Assembly: GCA_002717445.1 (NCBI GenBank)
Contig: PBDY01000008.1
Location: 21,496 to 85,495, forward strand
From: Gammaproteobacteria bacterium
Lineage (GTDB): Bacteria > Pseudomonadota > Gammaproteobacteria > Steroidobacterales > UBA11654
Reading direction: 5' to 3'
Length of the DNA stretch: 64,000 nt
The notes under the pieces were generated by a model that was not told the origin of the DNA, did no database searches, and worked only from the letters and a program-made list of their open reading frames with translations. The translations under genes were made by a program, and so were the position numbers. Below are positions 28,322-37,962 of this stretch, piece after piece. Each line of letters starts with the position of its first letter. Position 1 is the first letter of the stretch.

Positions 28322-30126
28322 TAAACGGCCTGTTTATTCTTTTTTGTTGCATCAAATGCTTCGTTGCTTGCATAAGGCACCTTCAATGTGAACTTCTTCA
28401 TATCCCAAGCAGCTGTCGGGCATCGCTCTGCACAAAGACCGCAATGAATACATATATCTTCATCTTTGACCATCACCCTTCCTGTTTGAGGGAGATCTTT
28501 CGAGACAAAAATATCTTGATCATAATTTTCTGCCGGTGTCTTAATCTTTTTTCTGATTGCCGACTCTTCATCATTCTCAGTGATGGTTAAGCAATTCACA
28601 GGACAAATATCAATACACGCATCACACTCAATGCAAAGACTTGCAACAAAGTCTGTCTGAATGTCGCAATTTAAACAGCGTTCTACCTCTTTTTTAAACT
28701 GTCCAGACTCATAGCCAAGTTCAACTTCAATATGTATATTCTTAAAACGTTTTTCCATTGGAACTGTTGGTACTTCATGTCTTTGATCATAACCAAAATC
28801 ATTACTATAGCTCCACTCGTGAATGCCCATCTTAGCAGTAACTAAGTTCATTCCATGCGGTAACCTATCAGTCAATGATTCATTGTTGCAATGCTTATGA
28901 ATCGAGATCGCTGCCTGATGCCCTTGCTCAACAGCTTCAATAATATTCTTGGGTCCAAATGCTGCATCACCTGCAAAGAAAATGCCCTGGCGAGTGGACT
29001 CATATGTGACTGGATCCACTACCGGTACTTCCCATTGGTCAAAATCAATCCCAAGATCTCTCTCAATCCAAGGAAATGAATTTTCCTGGCCAATGGCCAG
29101 AATCACTGTATCGCAGGGAATGATTACCTCATCAACTTTTTTGGATTGCTTTTTCCCATCATCGTCCACTGAATATTCCATCACAGAGAAACGCATGCCT
29201 ACTAATTTTCCATCTTCGACAATATATTCTTCGGGAGAATGACACAGAACCAGATCAACATTCTCTTCCAAAGCGGGTTCTAGCTCCCAGTCTGAAGACT
29301 TCATTGCGTGTCTCTCGCCTCGATAAATAACTTTTACATCCCTGCCTCCGACCCTGAGCGCTGTTCTGCAGCAATCCATGGCCGTGTTTCCGCCACCAAT
29401 GATTAAAACTTTTTCGCCTACTTCATCAATGTGACCAAATGCAACTGACTCTAGCCATGCAATGCCAATATGGATTTGCTCTGTATCGTATCGACCCGGT
29501 AAATCTAACTCTCTTCCCTTTGGAGCTCCTGTACCGACGAGCACAGCATCGTAATACTCTGCCAAAAGATTCGTCATGCTTTCAATTCGATGGTTTAGAT
29601 GAAGACTGATGCCTTGCTCTACTATTGCATCAAATTCTTCGTCAATCACTTCTGGGGGCAATCTAAATTTTGGAATATTGCTCCTTATCAATCCTCCCAT
29701 TTCAGGCAGTGACTCAAAAACATCCATTTCGTATCCCAGTGGCAATAGGTCATTGGCCACTGTAAGCGAAGCACAGCCCGCACCAATGATGGCAATCTTT
29801 TTGCCATTCTTTTGTGAAGGGGCTGATGGGAGATATGCTTTATAATCTCCTTTGAGATCCCCTGCAACCCTTTTCAGTCTGCAAATTGCTACGGGTTCTT
29901 CATCAACCCTTACTCTTCGACAAGCTGGCTCACACGGTCTGTCACAAACCCTGCCCAATATTCCAGGAAAGACGTTTGATTCCCTGTTCAATAGATAAGC
30001 TTGAGTATATTCTCCCTGTGCAATATGCCTTATGTAGCCTGGGACATCTGTGTGTGCAGGGCATCCCCACTGACAATCAACGACCTTATGGTAGTAATCT
30101 GGGTTTTTTGTATCGGTAGGTTGCAT
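28321..30126 (-). CDS. GltD-like NAD(P)H-dependent flavoprotein fused to 2x[4Fe-4S] ferredoxin domain
   Basis: 601 aa. The N-terminal Fe-S region is as in the glutamate synthase small subunit (GRVCDRPCEPAC). Two Rossmann motifs are present (IAIIGAGCASL and LIIGGGNTAMDC). The C-terminal Cys motifs are CLNCD..CIECDACIDICP and CIHCGLCAERCP. Its TAA stop shares 1 nt with the korA ATG (TAATG). Confidence 0.75.
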   Translation of the reverse strand: MQPTDTKNPDYYHKVVDCQWGCPAHTDVPGYIRHIAQGEYTQAYLLNRESNVFPGILGRVCDRPCEPACRRVRVDEEPVAICRLKRVAGDLKGDYKAYLPSAPSQKNGKKIAIIGAGCASLTVANDLLPLGYEMDVFESLPEMGGLIRSNIPKFRLPPEVIDEEFDAIVEQGISLHLNHRIESMTNLLAEYYDAVLVGTGAPKGRELDLPGRYDTEQIHIGIAWLESVAFGHIDEVGEKVLIIGGGNTAMDCCRTALRVGGRDVKVIYRGERHAMKSSDWELEPALEENVDLVLCHSPEEYIVEDGKLVGMRFSVMEYSVDDDGKKQSKKVDEVIIPCDTVILAIGQENSFPWIERDLGIDFDQWEVPVVDPVTYESTRQGIFFAGDAAFGPKNIIEAVEQGHQAAISIHKHCNNESLTDRLPHGMNLVTAKMGIHEWSYSNDFGYDQRHEVPTVPMEKRFKNIHIEVELGYESGQFKKEVERCLNCDIQTDFVASLCIECDACIDICPVNCLTITENDEESAIRKKIKTPAENYDQDIFVSKDLPQTGRVMVKDEDICIHCGLCAERCPTAAWDMKKFTLKVPYASNEAFDATKKNKQAV

Positions 30127-30283
30127 CTGACACTTTAGGGTCTTTGTAAACGTGATTTGATTCGTGGTTTAAACGTCAAAAGTTTTTTTAATTTATCTCT
30201 AACAACCCATTTGGATTTACAGATGAAATTATATATAGAGTTTTTGGAAAAAACGATAATTTTCGGTCAAGTTTTCCAAAAAA

Positions 30284-31639
30284 TTAACTTTGGAATTCGA
30301 TTTTCATCCCCATTGGTTCAGTAAGAATATTTCCGTTCTCATAAGCTTTCACTCCATTGATGAATGTCATCTCAATTGAGGAATCAAAGCAATGACTCTG
30401 GAACGGGCTCCAGCCACATTCATACATAATGCTTTCAGGAGTCACTTCATGCCTGCCATCAGGGTCAACCAAAACCAAGTCAGCCCAATAACCTTCTCTT
30501 ATATATCCCCTATCTTTAATGCCGTATCTGTCAGCAACAGCATGGCTGGTTTTTTTCACAATGGTCTCAATTGATATGTCTTTTTTTCTGCCGAGTTCTA
30601 GCAATGCAAGTAAAGAGTGCTGAACCAGTGGCAATCCGGAAGGACAGCTGGGATAGGGCTTTTGTTTCTCATCAAACGTGTGAGGTGCGTGATCCGTTGC
30701 AATAATATCTATCCGATCCTCATTCAGGGCATTAATCAATGCCTGTTGATCTGCTTTGGTTTTAATCGCTGGATTACAAACCACCATACTGCCCAATTGA
30801 TCATATGCGCTGTCATTGAAATATAAATGATGAACACATACCTCAGCTGTGATTCTCTTATCATGGTCACCGGCTTCAAAAAGTTCCATTTCCTTAGCGG
30901 TTGTCAAATGAAGCACATGCAGTTTTGACCCATGTTTTTTTGCGAGACTCACTGCCTTTGATGAAGACTTATAACAAGCTTCAACTGATCTGATGTTTGG
31001 ATGCTCATTAACAGGAATGCTTCCATTGTGTTTTAAACTTGCTGCTTCTAAATTTTCCTCTATCGTCGGTGTATCCTCACAATGAGTGACAATGAGAAGC
31101 GGTGATTCCGCAAAAATCTGTTCTAGCGCATTGTCATCGTCCACCAGAAGATTTCCTGTTGATGCGCCCATGAAAACCTTAAGACCGCATGCTTCACCGG
31201 TTTTAAGTGATTTGATTTCATCGATGTTGTGATTGCTTGCACCCATATAGAAAGCATAATTTGCATAAGCCTTATTTTTGGCTATTTCATATTTTTGAGA
31301 TAAAAGTTCTCTATTGAGTGTTGGTGGGTTAACGTTTGGCATGTCCATAAAAGATGTCACACCTCCGGCGATTGCAGCCATTGATTCGGAACGAATTCCG
31401 CCTTTGTGTGTCAAACCAGGCTCTCTAAAATGAACTTGATCATCAATCAAGCCAGGAAGGAGCCATTTGCCAGATGCATCAATCACCTCAGCCCCATCAG
31501 GAGCAGAAATTTCCTTGCCAACCTTCTCGATCCTTCCGTTCTTAATCAAGAGGTTTTCCTCTAAGATATTGCCTTCATTCACGATGGCAGCATTCATAAT
31601 TAGTATCGCTTGCTTGGTCATAAAGTTATCATTATGCAT
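30284..31639 (-). CDS. pyrC: Dihydroorotase-like cyclic amidohydrolase (long type)
   Basis: 451 aa amidohydrolase-superfamily protein with LKVFM (carboxylated-Lys position), VTHCED, HVLHLTT and ATDHAPH. The first metal motif reads QVH, not HxH. The alternative start MTKQAILI at 31621 is plausible. Confidence 0.65.
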   Translation of the reverse strand: MHNDNFMTKQAILIMNAAIVNEGNILEENLLIKNGRIEKVGKEISAPDGAEVIDASGKWLLPGLIDDQVHFREPGLTHKGGIRSESMAAIAGGVTSFMDMPNVNPPTLNRELLSQKYEIAKNKAYANYAFYMGASNHNIDEIKSLKTGEACGLKVFMGASTGNLLVDDDNALEQIFAESPLLIVTHCEDTPTIEENLEAASLKHNGSIPVNEHPNIRSVEACYKSSSKAVSLAKKHGSKLHVLHLTTAKEMELFEAGDHDKRITAEVCVHHLYFNDSAYDQLGSMVVCNPAIKTKADQQALINALNEDRIDIIATDHAPHTFDEKQKPYPSCPSGLPLVQHSLLALLELGRKKDISIETIVKKTSHAVADRYGIKDRGYIREGYWADLVLVDPDGRHEVTPESIMYECGWSPFQSHCFDSSIEMTFINGVKAYENGNILTEPMGMKIEFQS

Positions 31640-31673
31640 GAATGTATTGGATTGATTATGATTGACCTTGAGT

Positions 31674-32954
31674 ATGTTTGCAAAAACTAAAAAATTTTAT
31701 GGGTGGTATGTAGCAATATCCTGCAGTTTGGTTTACTTCTTTGTAAACTCAATGACTCTTTTTGTTCCTCAAAGCTTATTTCCAAGGTTGATGGAGGAGT
31801 TTTCAATCAACCAGGCAGAGGTCAGTCTGACTGTTGCCAATACTCTCTTCTACGCTTCATTTCTCTCGCCTCTCTCTGGAATATTGATTGACAAATATGG
31901 GGTAAAAATTGTCATAAGGATTGGCATCATCATCATGGCTCTGATCTATAGTTTTTATCCATTTGCGAGCTCAATAGACACCTTATACAGACTCCATATC
32001 TTAATGGCTCTGGGTTTAGTCATGTCTGGGCTTGGGCCAAATGTGATCATTGTGTCTCAATGGTTCAGAAAACACCGCGGTAAAGTGGTTGGGATGGTGG
32101 TTGCAAGCTCGAGCTTGGGAGGCGCAACCATGCCATTACTCATCTCTCCCATTGTGAATAATCCGGATCTTGGATGGCGTTGGGGTTTTGGATTACTCTC
32201 GGTGCTTTTCTGGTTATTTGCTGTGATACCTGTTTATAAGGTCATAAAGCCTGATCCTGAATCAATCGGCCTAAGTCCTGACGGAGACGAATCGAATGAG
32301 GAGATAGAAATTGAAGCCAAAGATAAGATTCCTTTGAAAAAAGCTCTTTTATCCAGAGCTTTGTGGTGTCTTGGGATTGGTTCGGCCTGCTTGTGGTTTT
32401 CAATTCAGGGACTAAACAGTCAGATTTCAATCTTTTTTGAACAAGAAGCTGGTTTCACAGCTCAACAATCGGTATTGCTCTTCTCAATCCTTTTTTGGTT
32501 CAGTTTTTTGGGTAAATTTGGATTTGGAGCCTTGAGTGATAAGCTGCCAAAAAGGACTGTGTTGTTAATTAGTTCAATTGTTCTATTCTTCGGGTCATTG
32601 TTGTTATTTGATTTTACAGGGCCGGAGATTGCACTCACAAGAAATACGACTCAATTGAGCCTTTTCACAATATGCTTTGGTCTTGGTTTTGGCGGAAGCT
32701 TCAGTATGATTCAACTGGTTGCCGTTGAAACTTTTGGTAAAGCATATCTGGGAAGAATTTTGGGAATAATCACCCTCATTGATGGTCTTGGAGCAGCCTA
32801 TGGCACACGGCTATTGAGCGAACTAGCGGTCGATTCGGGTAGCTATTTTCTGCCGTTTGGAGTGGTTTCAGCGGTCACCTTCTTTGCGATCATTAATGTC
32901 CTTTTCATAAGTCCGCTGGAAGATCAAAGCACTAAAGTGGATTCAAATTTGTAA
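31674..32954 (+). CDS. MFS transporter (oxalate/formate-antiporter-like topology)
   Basis: About 12 TM segments with a central hydrophilic loop (PDGDESNEEIEIEAKDK). The track ORF starts at TTG 31662; ATG 31674 is preferred. Confidence 0.7.
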   Translation: MFAKTKKFYGWYVAISCSLVYFFVNSMTLFVPQSLFPRLMEEFSINQAEVSLTVANTLFYASFLSPLSGILIDKYGVKIVIRIGIIIMALIYSFYPFASSIDTLYRLHILMALGLVMSGLGPNVIIVSQWFRKHRGKVVGMVVASSSLGGATMPLLISPIVNNPDLGWRWGFGLLSVLFWLFAVIPVYKVIKPDPESIGLSPDGDESNEEIEIEAKDKIPLKKALLSRALWCLGIGSACLWFSIQGLNSQISIFFEQEAGFTAQQSVLLFSILFWFSFLGKFGFGALSDKLPKRTVLLISSIVLFFGSLLLFDFTGPEIALTRNTTQLSLFTICFGLGFGGSFSMIQLVAVETFGKAYLGRILGIITLIDGLGAAYGTRLLSELAVDSGSYFLPFGVVSAVTFFAIINVLFISPLEDQSTKVDSNL

Positions 32955-32986
32955 ACAACATCATTTGTCGCTAGCCTAGTAGTGAT

Positions 32987-33838
32987 ATGGAAGGGGGATC
33001 TGCTACATTCAATATAATGCCTATGTCAGGAGGATGTGGTGCTCTAGTTTCTGGTTTGAAACTTTCTGAACCCATGGGCCAAGAACAAAAAGGACTGCTC
33101 GAGAAAGCGTGGCTAGAACATCAAGTCCTTTTTTTTAGAGACCAGCCTTTAACCCCCGAACAGCATGTTAATTTTGCAAAAAACTTCGGTGAGCTCCAAG
33201 GGCCTGGTTATATGCCAACATTGGATGATTACCCTAATGTTTACGTCCAAGAATACCCTGATCTTTTTAAAGGCATTGTTTCGGATGTGGATTGGCACAT
33301 TGATGCATCATTCCTTGAAAAACCTCTCAAAGGGGCTGTTTTGTATGCTATCGATGTTCCTGAAAGCGGCGGTGACACTACCTGGGTAAATCTATATCAA
33401 GCATATGAATCACTGTCAGAATCAATGAAAGTACTGTGCTCTAATCTAACAGCCGTTCATGATAACTTTCATAAGAACCTTCTAAGCGTGATTGAGACAT
33501 ATGGCAGTAAAGGATATGAGGTGGCAAGAAAGGCTACACCTCCCATGGAGCACCCCTTGGTTTGCACGCACCCTCAGACAGGTAAGAAATGTCTTTTTTA
33601 CAGCGAACTAATGGTTTCTCATTTTAAAGAGCTCAGCACCAGTGAAGGACAGTACCTCAGGAGCTTTCTTCTTGAGCATATAAAAAAACCAGAATTGGCT
33701 TGTCGATTCAAATGGGAAAATAATTCGGTCGCCTTCTGGGACAATCGTTGTACTGCACACCGGGGAATTTTTGATTTCGGAGATGATCGCCGTCTCATGC
33801 ATCGAGTAGCAATCCAAGGTGAAGCCAAACCGAGTTAA
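32987..33838 (+). CDS. TauD/TfdA-family Fe(II)/2-oxoglutarate-dependent dioxygenase
   Basis: 283 aa with the HxD facial-triad motif (WHIDASF), a distal His (CTAHRG) and the TauD-like block VLFFRDQPLTPEQHVNFAKNFG. Confidence 0.8.
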   Translation: MEGGSATFNIMPMSGGCGALVSGLKLSEPMGQEQKGLLEKAWLEHQVLFFRDQPLTPEQHVNFAKNFGELQGPGYMPTLDDYPNVYVQEYPDLFKGIVSDVDWHIDASFLEKPLKGAVLYAIDVPESGGDTTWVNLYQAYESLSESMKVLCSNLTAVHDNFHKNLLSVIETYGSKGYEVARKATPPMEHPLVCTHPQTGKKCLFYSELMVSHFKELSTSEGQYLRSFLLEHIKKPELACRFKWENNSVAFWDNRCTAHRGIFDFGDDRRLMHRVAIQGEAKPS

Positions 33839-33840
33839 TT

Positions 33841-35271
33841 ATGTGGATTAAAAAGTTTCATAAAGACGATTCAGAAGATTTAAGGTCTCCAATCCCTACT
33901 CAGGTGGTCTCGAATGAGGAATACCTTCCTAGACCTCAAACGCCTGACCAAAAAAAGGTTGAAGCCATCATTCATGAAATGGCAGAAAAGTATGGAAAAA
34001 AAGTTGGCCTTTCAAGAAGAGAGTTCCTAAAAACAAGCAATGGAATGGCACTCGCATTTGTTGCAATGAATCAAGTCTTTGGGAACTACTTTCAGGCACA
34101 TGCAGATGAGCTGACAGACATTGATGCGATTTCTGAGTTAATGACGAGAGATCAATTCATCTTTGATGTTCAAACACACCATGTCGCAACCAATAAAACA
34201 GAGCCTCTGGGCTTTAGAATCATGGCTTGGCCTTTTAATGATCACCTTAAAGGGAAAAAGCCTGCAAAGGATGACTTGAGGTTCAATAACTACGTTAAAG
34301 AGATTTTCCTAGACAGTGAGGTTTCAATTGCATGCCTGAGCGGTGTTGCATCAAAAGTGCTGGATGTCATTAACGTTGACGAAATGGTTGAATCACGCAA
34401 TACAATCAACAATATGTCTGGCTCAAATCGCCTTGTGTGTCACGGGCCCATTGCTCCCTATATCCCAAATTTCTTAGAGGAGGCGGAAAGACAAGCCAAT
34501 GAACTCAATATCGATGCTTGGAAATTCTATACTGGCGTCTTCAATATGGATGGAGAGTATCAGTGGTGGATGGATGACGAGGAACTTATCTATCCTTTTT
34601 ATGAAAAAATCAAATCATGGGGAAAAAACATTGTTTGTGCTCATAAGGGATTGCCCTTCAGGCAGCCGAGGCCTGGCGAAACAGATTTCACGCATCCAAG
34701 AGACATTAAAAAAGCCTCCAAAGATCATCCTGAGCTAAGCTTTGTTGTTTATCACTCAGGCTTCAGGGATCAGAACATGGATCTTCCCCCTGAAGATACT
34801 TATTTGGATGAAAATGCTTACCTGCCCTATACCACTGATCTCTGCAAGGACAGAATCGAGAATCCACATATGAGAAATGTATATATGGAACTGGGCACTA
34901 CCTTTGGTCACACGGTTATCACACATCCAAAAATATGTGCCCACCTTCTTGGGCAAATCATTAATGCTTTCGGGGTCGATCGATTATTATTTGGTACAGA
35001 TTCAATTTGGTGGGGTTCGCCTCAGTGGCAAATAGAAGCATTTAGAAGATTTCAAATTCCAGAGGAAATGCAAGAAAAGTTTGGTTATCCAAAGATCACT
35101 GAGGAAGACAAAGCAAAAATACTTGGATTAAATGCGGCAAAACTTTATTCGATAGATGTTGAGTCCAGCATGAATATAATTTCAGGCGATCGGATGACTC
35201 AATTGAAAAAGGCCTATTTGGCTGAGGGCGGTGAGCCCAGTAATAATATTTATGGATGGGTGATGACCTAA
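33841..35271 (+). CDS. Amidohydrolase-family protein with twin-arginine (Tat) signal
   Basis: 476 aa. An exact Tat motif SRREFLK is followed by a hydrophobic stretch ending AHA. The C-terminal block LLFGTDS is typical of amidohydrolase_2-like TIM barrels. The ATG lies 2 nt after the TauD stop. An alternative start at 33979 would put the RR motif 13 residues from the N-terminus. Confidence 0.65.
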   Translation: MWIKKFHKDDSEDLRSPIPTQVVSNEEYLPRPQTPDQKKVEAIIHEMAEKYGKKVGLSRREFLKTSNGMALAFVAMNQVFGNYFQAHADELTDIDAISELMTRDQFIFDVQTHHVATNKTEPLGFRIMAWPFNDHLKGKKPAKDDLRFNNYVKEIFLDSEVSIACLSGVASKVLDVINVDEMVESRNTINNMSGSNRLVCHGPIAPYIPNFLEEAERQANELNIDAWKFYTGVFNMDGEYQWWMDDEELIYPFYEKIKSWGKNIVCAHKGLPFRQPRPGETDFTHPRDIKKASKDHPELSFVVYHSGFRDQNMDLPPEDTYLDENAYLPYTTDLCKDRIENPHMRNVYMELGTTFGHTVITHPKICAHLLGQIINAFGVDRLLFGTDSIWWGSPQWQIEAFRRFQIPEEMQEKFGYPKITEEDKAKILGLNAAKLYSIDVESSMNIISGDRMTQLKKAYLAEGGEPSNNIYGWVMT

Positions 35272-36437
35272 TCACTGAGCCTCAGCTCTATAGCCTCGCC
35301 TTGCATATGATCGGTATTATTGATTCCCAATAACTTTGCTATTGTGGGTGCTAAATCCACCTGATGAATAGGTCCAATGTTTCCAGTGCTGACGTTGAAT
35401 CCTAGGGCTCCAAAAATTGCATGCATATCTTTATGATTGGGATCATAGCCATGCATCCCTTTTGGTCTGTCTGTTGCGTAATTTGTAAGCATGAAAGGTG
35501 CTTCGGTGGTAACCACAAGATCCCCTGTTCTGCTTGGGTGATCCATATGGAATGAGCGGGGAAGATTTCCCCTTTGATAAACGTCTATATTTTCTTCTTC
35601 AGATAACAGTTTAAATGCCGCTCTCCTCTCTTTTTCATCACTGATAAATACATGGGCAACCGCTGGTCCTGATGAGAGACGATAATCAATTTTTATTTCA
35701 TCCAAAATTGACTTGACTGAAATATATTTATTAACACTGGTCATTCCATGGTCGCTGACAACCAACAGAGTGATGTAGTCCCATGCATTCCTTTTTTCTA
35801 ACTCAGAAAATAATAATCCTAGCATTTGATCTTGCCTAACCATTTGGTGATAGACATTTTCGTGGTCTGGGCCATATGTGTGGCCAATCGAATCAATTCC
35901 ATCCCAGTAGGTCATGATCAATCTTGGTCTCATCTCGTCAGACATATCCAACCATGAAGCAATTTGTTTTATTTTCTCTTCTTCGGTTATTTTTTCATCG
36001 AATGGTGAGTGCTTATATGTTGCCTCCCAGCCATGCCAGTCTGTCTCTGAGCCTACCCAAAAGTAGATTCCAGAACGAATATTCTGCTGCTCAGATAAAA
36101 TCCATATCGGGGGCACATCAATCAGATTTGCATCATCGGGGTAACGATGAAATCCAGTTTTGCGATCATAAAAAGAATTATGCAGGATGCCATGGAGATT
36201 TGGGTGCACTCCGGTAGCCATACTGACGTGCCCCGGATAAGTGGTTGATTGATATACTGGGGTCATGTAATCAGCCTTGATCCCTTTATTCTTGATGGTC
36301 TGAAAGAATTTTAACTCAGGCATTTCCCAGACATTATTTGTCATGCCATCCATTGAGATTACAATCACTGTTTGCTCTTTTTCAGCCAGTGAAATGCTGG
36401 AGAAAACAAGAAAAAGTATGCCAAGAATGGTTCTCAT
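35268..36437 (-). CDS. Ectonucleotide pyrophosphatase/phosphodiesterase (alkaline-phosphatase superfamily), secreted
   Basis: 389 aa with a signal peptide, nucleophile motif TYPGHVSMATG (NPP TxPxH type) and metal ligands DGIDSIGHTYGP and SDHGM. Confidence 0.75.
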   Translation of the reverse strand: MRTILGILFLVFSSISLAEKEQTVIVISMDGMTNNVWEMPELKFFQTIKNKGIKADYMTPVYQSTTYPGHVSMATGVHPNLHGILHNSFYDRKTGFHRYPDDANLIDVPPIWILSEQQNIRSGIYFWVGSETDWHGWEATYKHSPFDEKITEEEKIKQIASWLDMSDEMRPRLIMTYWDGIDSIGHTYGPDHENVYHQMVRQDQMLGLLFSELEKRNAWDYITLLVVSDHGMTSVNKYISVKSILDEIKIDYRLSSGPAVAHVFISDEKERRAAFKLLSEEENIDVYQRGNLPRSFHMDHPSRTGDLVVTTEAPFMLTNYATDRPKGMHGYDPNHKDMHAIFGALGFNVSTGNIGPIHQVDLAPTIAKLLGINNTDHMQGEAIELRLSD

Positions 36438-36449
36438 GATTGGTCTTTG

Positions 36450-37262
36450 TTATTCTGGCTTTTTAAACCTTAATGTAAACCGGTCGCTCTCACCAATCTT
36501 ACTGAGTGCCTCTTTTTGCTCATCGTTTTGGTCTCTGTATGTGGGAGAAAGTGTCCAAACGCCTTCTGTGTGATTTTTTGTATCCAGCGGATTGGCATTG
36601 ACCTCAGAAGACCTATCTAACACAAAGCCAGCCTCCTTAGCTATTTCAATCATATAAGTTTCGTTCACATATCCAGACTTTGAAGCTGGGTCTTGAGGAA
36701 CCAATTCATTGCCTCTATGCTCGACAACTCCTAAGATACCGCCGGGTTTTAAGATGTCATAAAAAGCATTGATTGCGATGCGCTCCTGTCCTCTTGCCAT
36801 CCAATTGTGGATATTTCTAAACGTTAACACCATGTCAACCGAACCCGGTTCTGCCACATCAATTTGGTCGGGCAACATGAGGACGCCGTGCTTTACGTTG
36901 CCATATAAATCAGGCCTCTTTTCGAGTTTTCCGAGAAATATTTTTGCCACCCTTTGCACAAAAGCACTGTCAGAATTGAAATCAAAGGAGGCAGAAATGT
37001 ATTGCCCGTCTTTGTTGAGGTAGGGCGCAAGAATTTCTGTATACCAACCGCCTGATGGCCAAACCTCAACCACGGTCATGTCCGATTGAATACCAAAAAA
37101 TTCAAGGGTTTCTTTTGGGTTTCGATAGGCATCCCTGGATTTATTCTGCTCAGATCGATGCTCGCCAGCAATTACATTATCCAAAGATTTTACTTCTGCA
37201 ACTTCTGGCCCCATGGTGAATAATGCCAACAGCAAGATGGTAAATAGTTTTCTTATTTTCAT
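36450..37262 (-). CDS. Class I SAM-dependent methyltransferase-like protein with signal peptide
   Basis: 270 aa with a cleavable-looking signal (LLLALFTMGPEVAEV) and a methyltransferase fold I motif (VVEVWPSGGWYTE, LKPGGILGVVEH). Confidence 0.6.
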   Translation of the reverse strand: MKIRKLFTILLLALFTMGPEVAEVKSLDNVIAGEHRSEQNKSRDAYRNPKETLEFFGIQSDMTVVEVWPSGGWYTEILAPYLNKDGQYISASFDFNSDSAFVQRVAKIFLGKLEKRPDLYGNVKHGVLMLPDQIDVAEPGSVDMVLTFRNIHNWMARGQERIAINAFYDILKPGGILGVVEHRGNELVPQDPASKSGYVNETYMIEIAKEAGFVLDRSSEVNANPLDTKNHTEGVWTLSPTYRDQNDEQKEALSKIGESDRFTLRFKKPE

Positions 37263-37281
37263 AAATAACGCGCCTCTTAAA

Positions 37282-37959
37282 TTAATTTCTTGTCTTTCTC
37301 ATGAGCACTGCCATGATGGGTGCCAAAATAACTCCGGCTATGAAGCCTCCAATGTGAGCACCAAAAGCGACTCCGCTATCAGAGCCTGACACTGAGCTGT
37401 TGATTAATTGTAAAACAAACCAAAAGATTAATACCACAAAAGCAGGCAACCTTAAGACTTGTAGAAAAAAGCCTAATGGAATGGCAACTCTTATCGATCG
37501 CTTAGGAAAAAATACAATATAAGCCCCTAAAACCCCAGAAATGGCGCCACTGGCACCGATCATTGGTATTGTTGATGAAGGATCTGGTAGGGCCTGGCTG
37601 AGTGCAGCGACAATTCCGCAAAGCAAATAAAAGAAAATGAATGCTGGTTTGCCCAGTATGTCCTCGATATTATCTCCAAACACCCACAAATAAAGCATAT
37701 TGCCTATTAAATGCATAAAGCCTCCATGAAGAAACATCGAGGTGATGACCGTCATCTCAGGGCTCACCCACCTTAATTCTTGCGGCAGCAAGGCGCCTTG
37801 AAGCAAGCTCGCAGGTATCACCCCAAGTGCATATATTGCGACTCTTGAATTAGACCCAAGACTCAACTGCCACAGAAAGATTGCCACACAGGAAGCAATG
37901 AAAATATATGTAATGATCGGGGTTGACTGTGTCGGGTTGTCGTCGGCGAGAGGTATCAT
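37282..37959 (-). CDS. Rhomboid-family intramembrane serine protease
   Basis: 225 aa with HxxxN (HLIGNMLYL), catalytic GASGAISG and a downstream AHIGGF. Confidence 0.85.
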   Translation of the reverse strand: MIPLADDNPTQSTPIITYIFIASCVAIFLWQLSLGSNSRVAIYALGVIPASLLQGALLPQELRWVSPEMTVITSMFLHGGFMHLIGNMLYLWVFGDNIEDILGKPAFIFFYLLCGIVAALSQALPDPSSTIPMIGASGAISGVLGAYIVFFPKRSIRVAIPLGFFLQVLRLPAFVVLIFWFVLQLINSSVSGSDSGVAFGAHIGGFIAGVILAPIMAVLMRKTRN

Positions 37960-37962
37960 TGA

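Noticed and set aside
30241-30282. An 11-bp inverted repeat TTTTTGGAAAA(N20)TTTTCCAAAAA just downstream of the dihydroorotase-like gene and upstream of the kor operon.
   Set aside because: The stem is almost entirely A/T (two G:C pairs), the loop is 20 nt, and no U-tract follows on the minus strand. It is not convincing as an intrinsic terminator. It may be an operator, but I cannot support a call.
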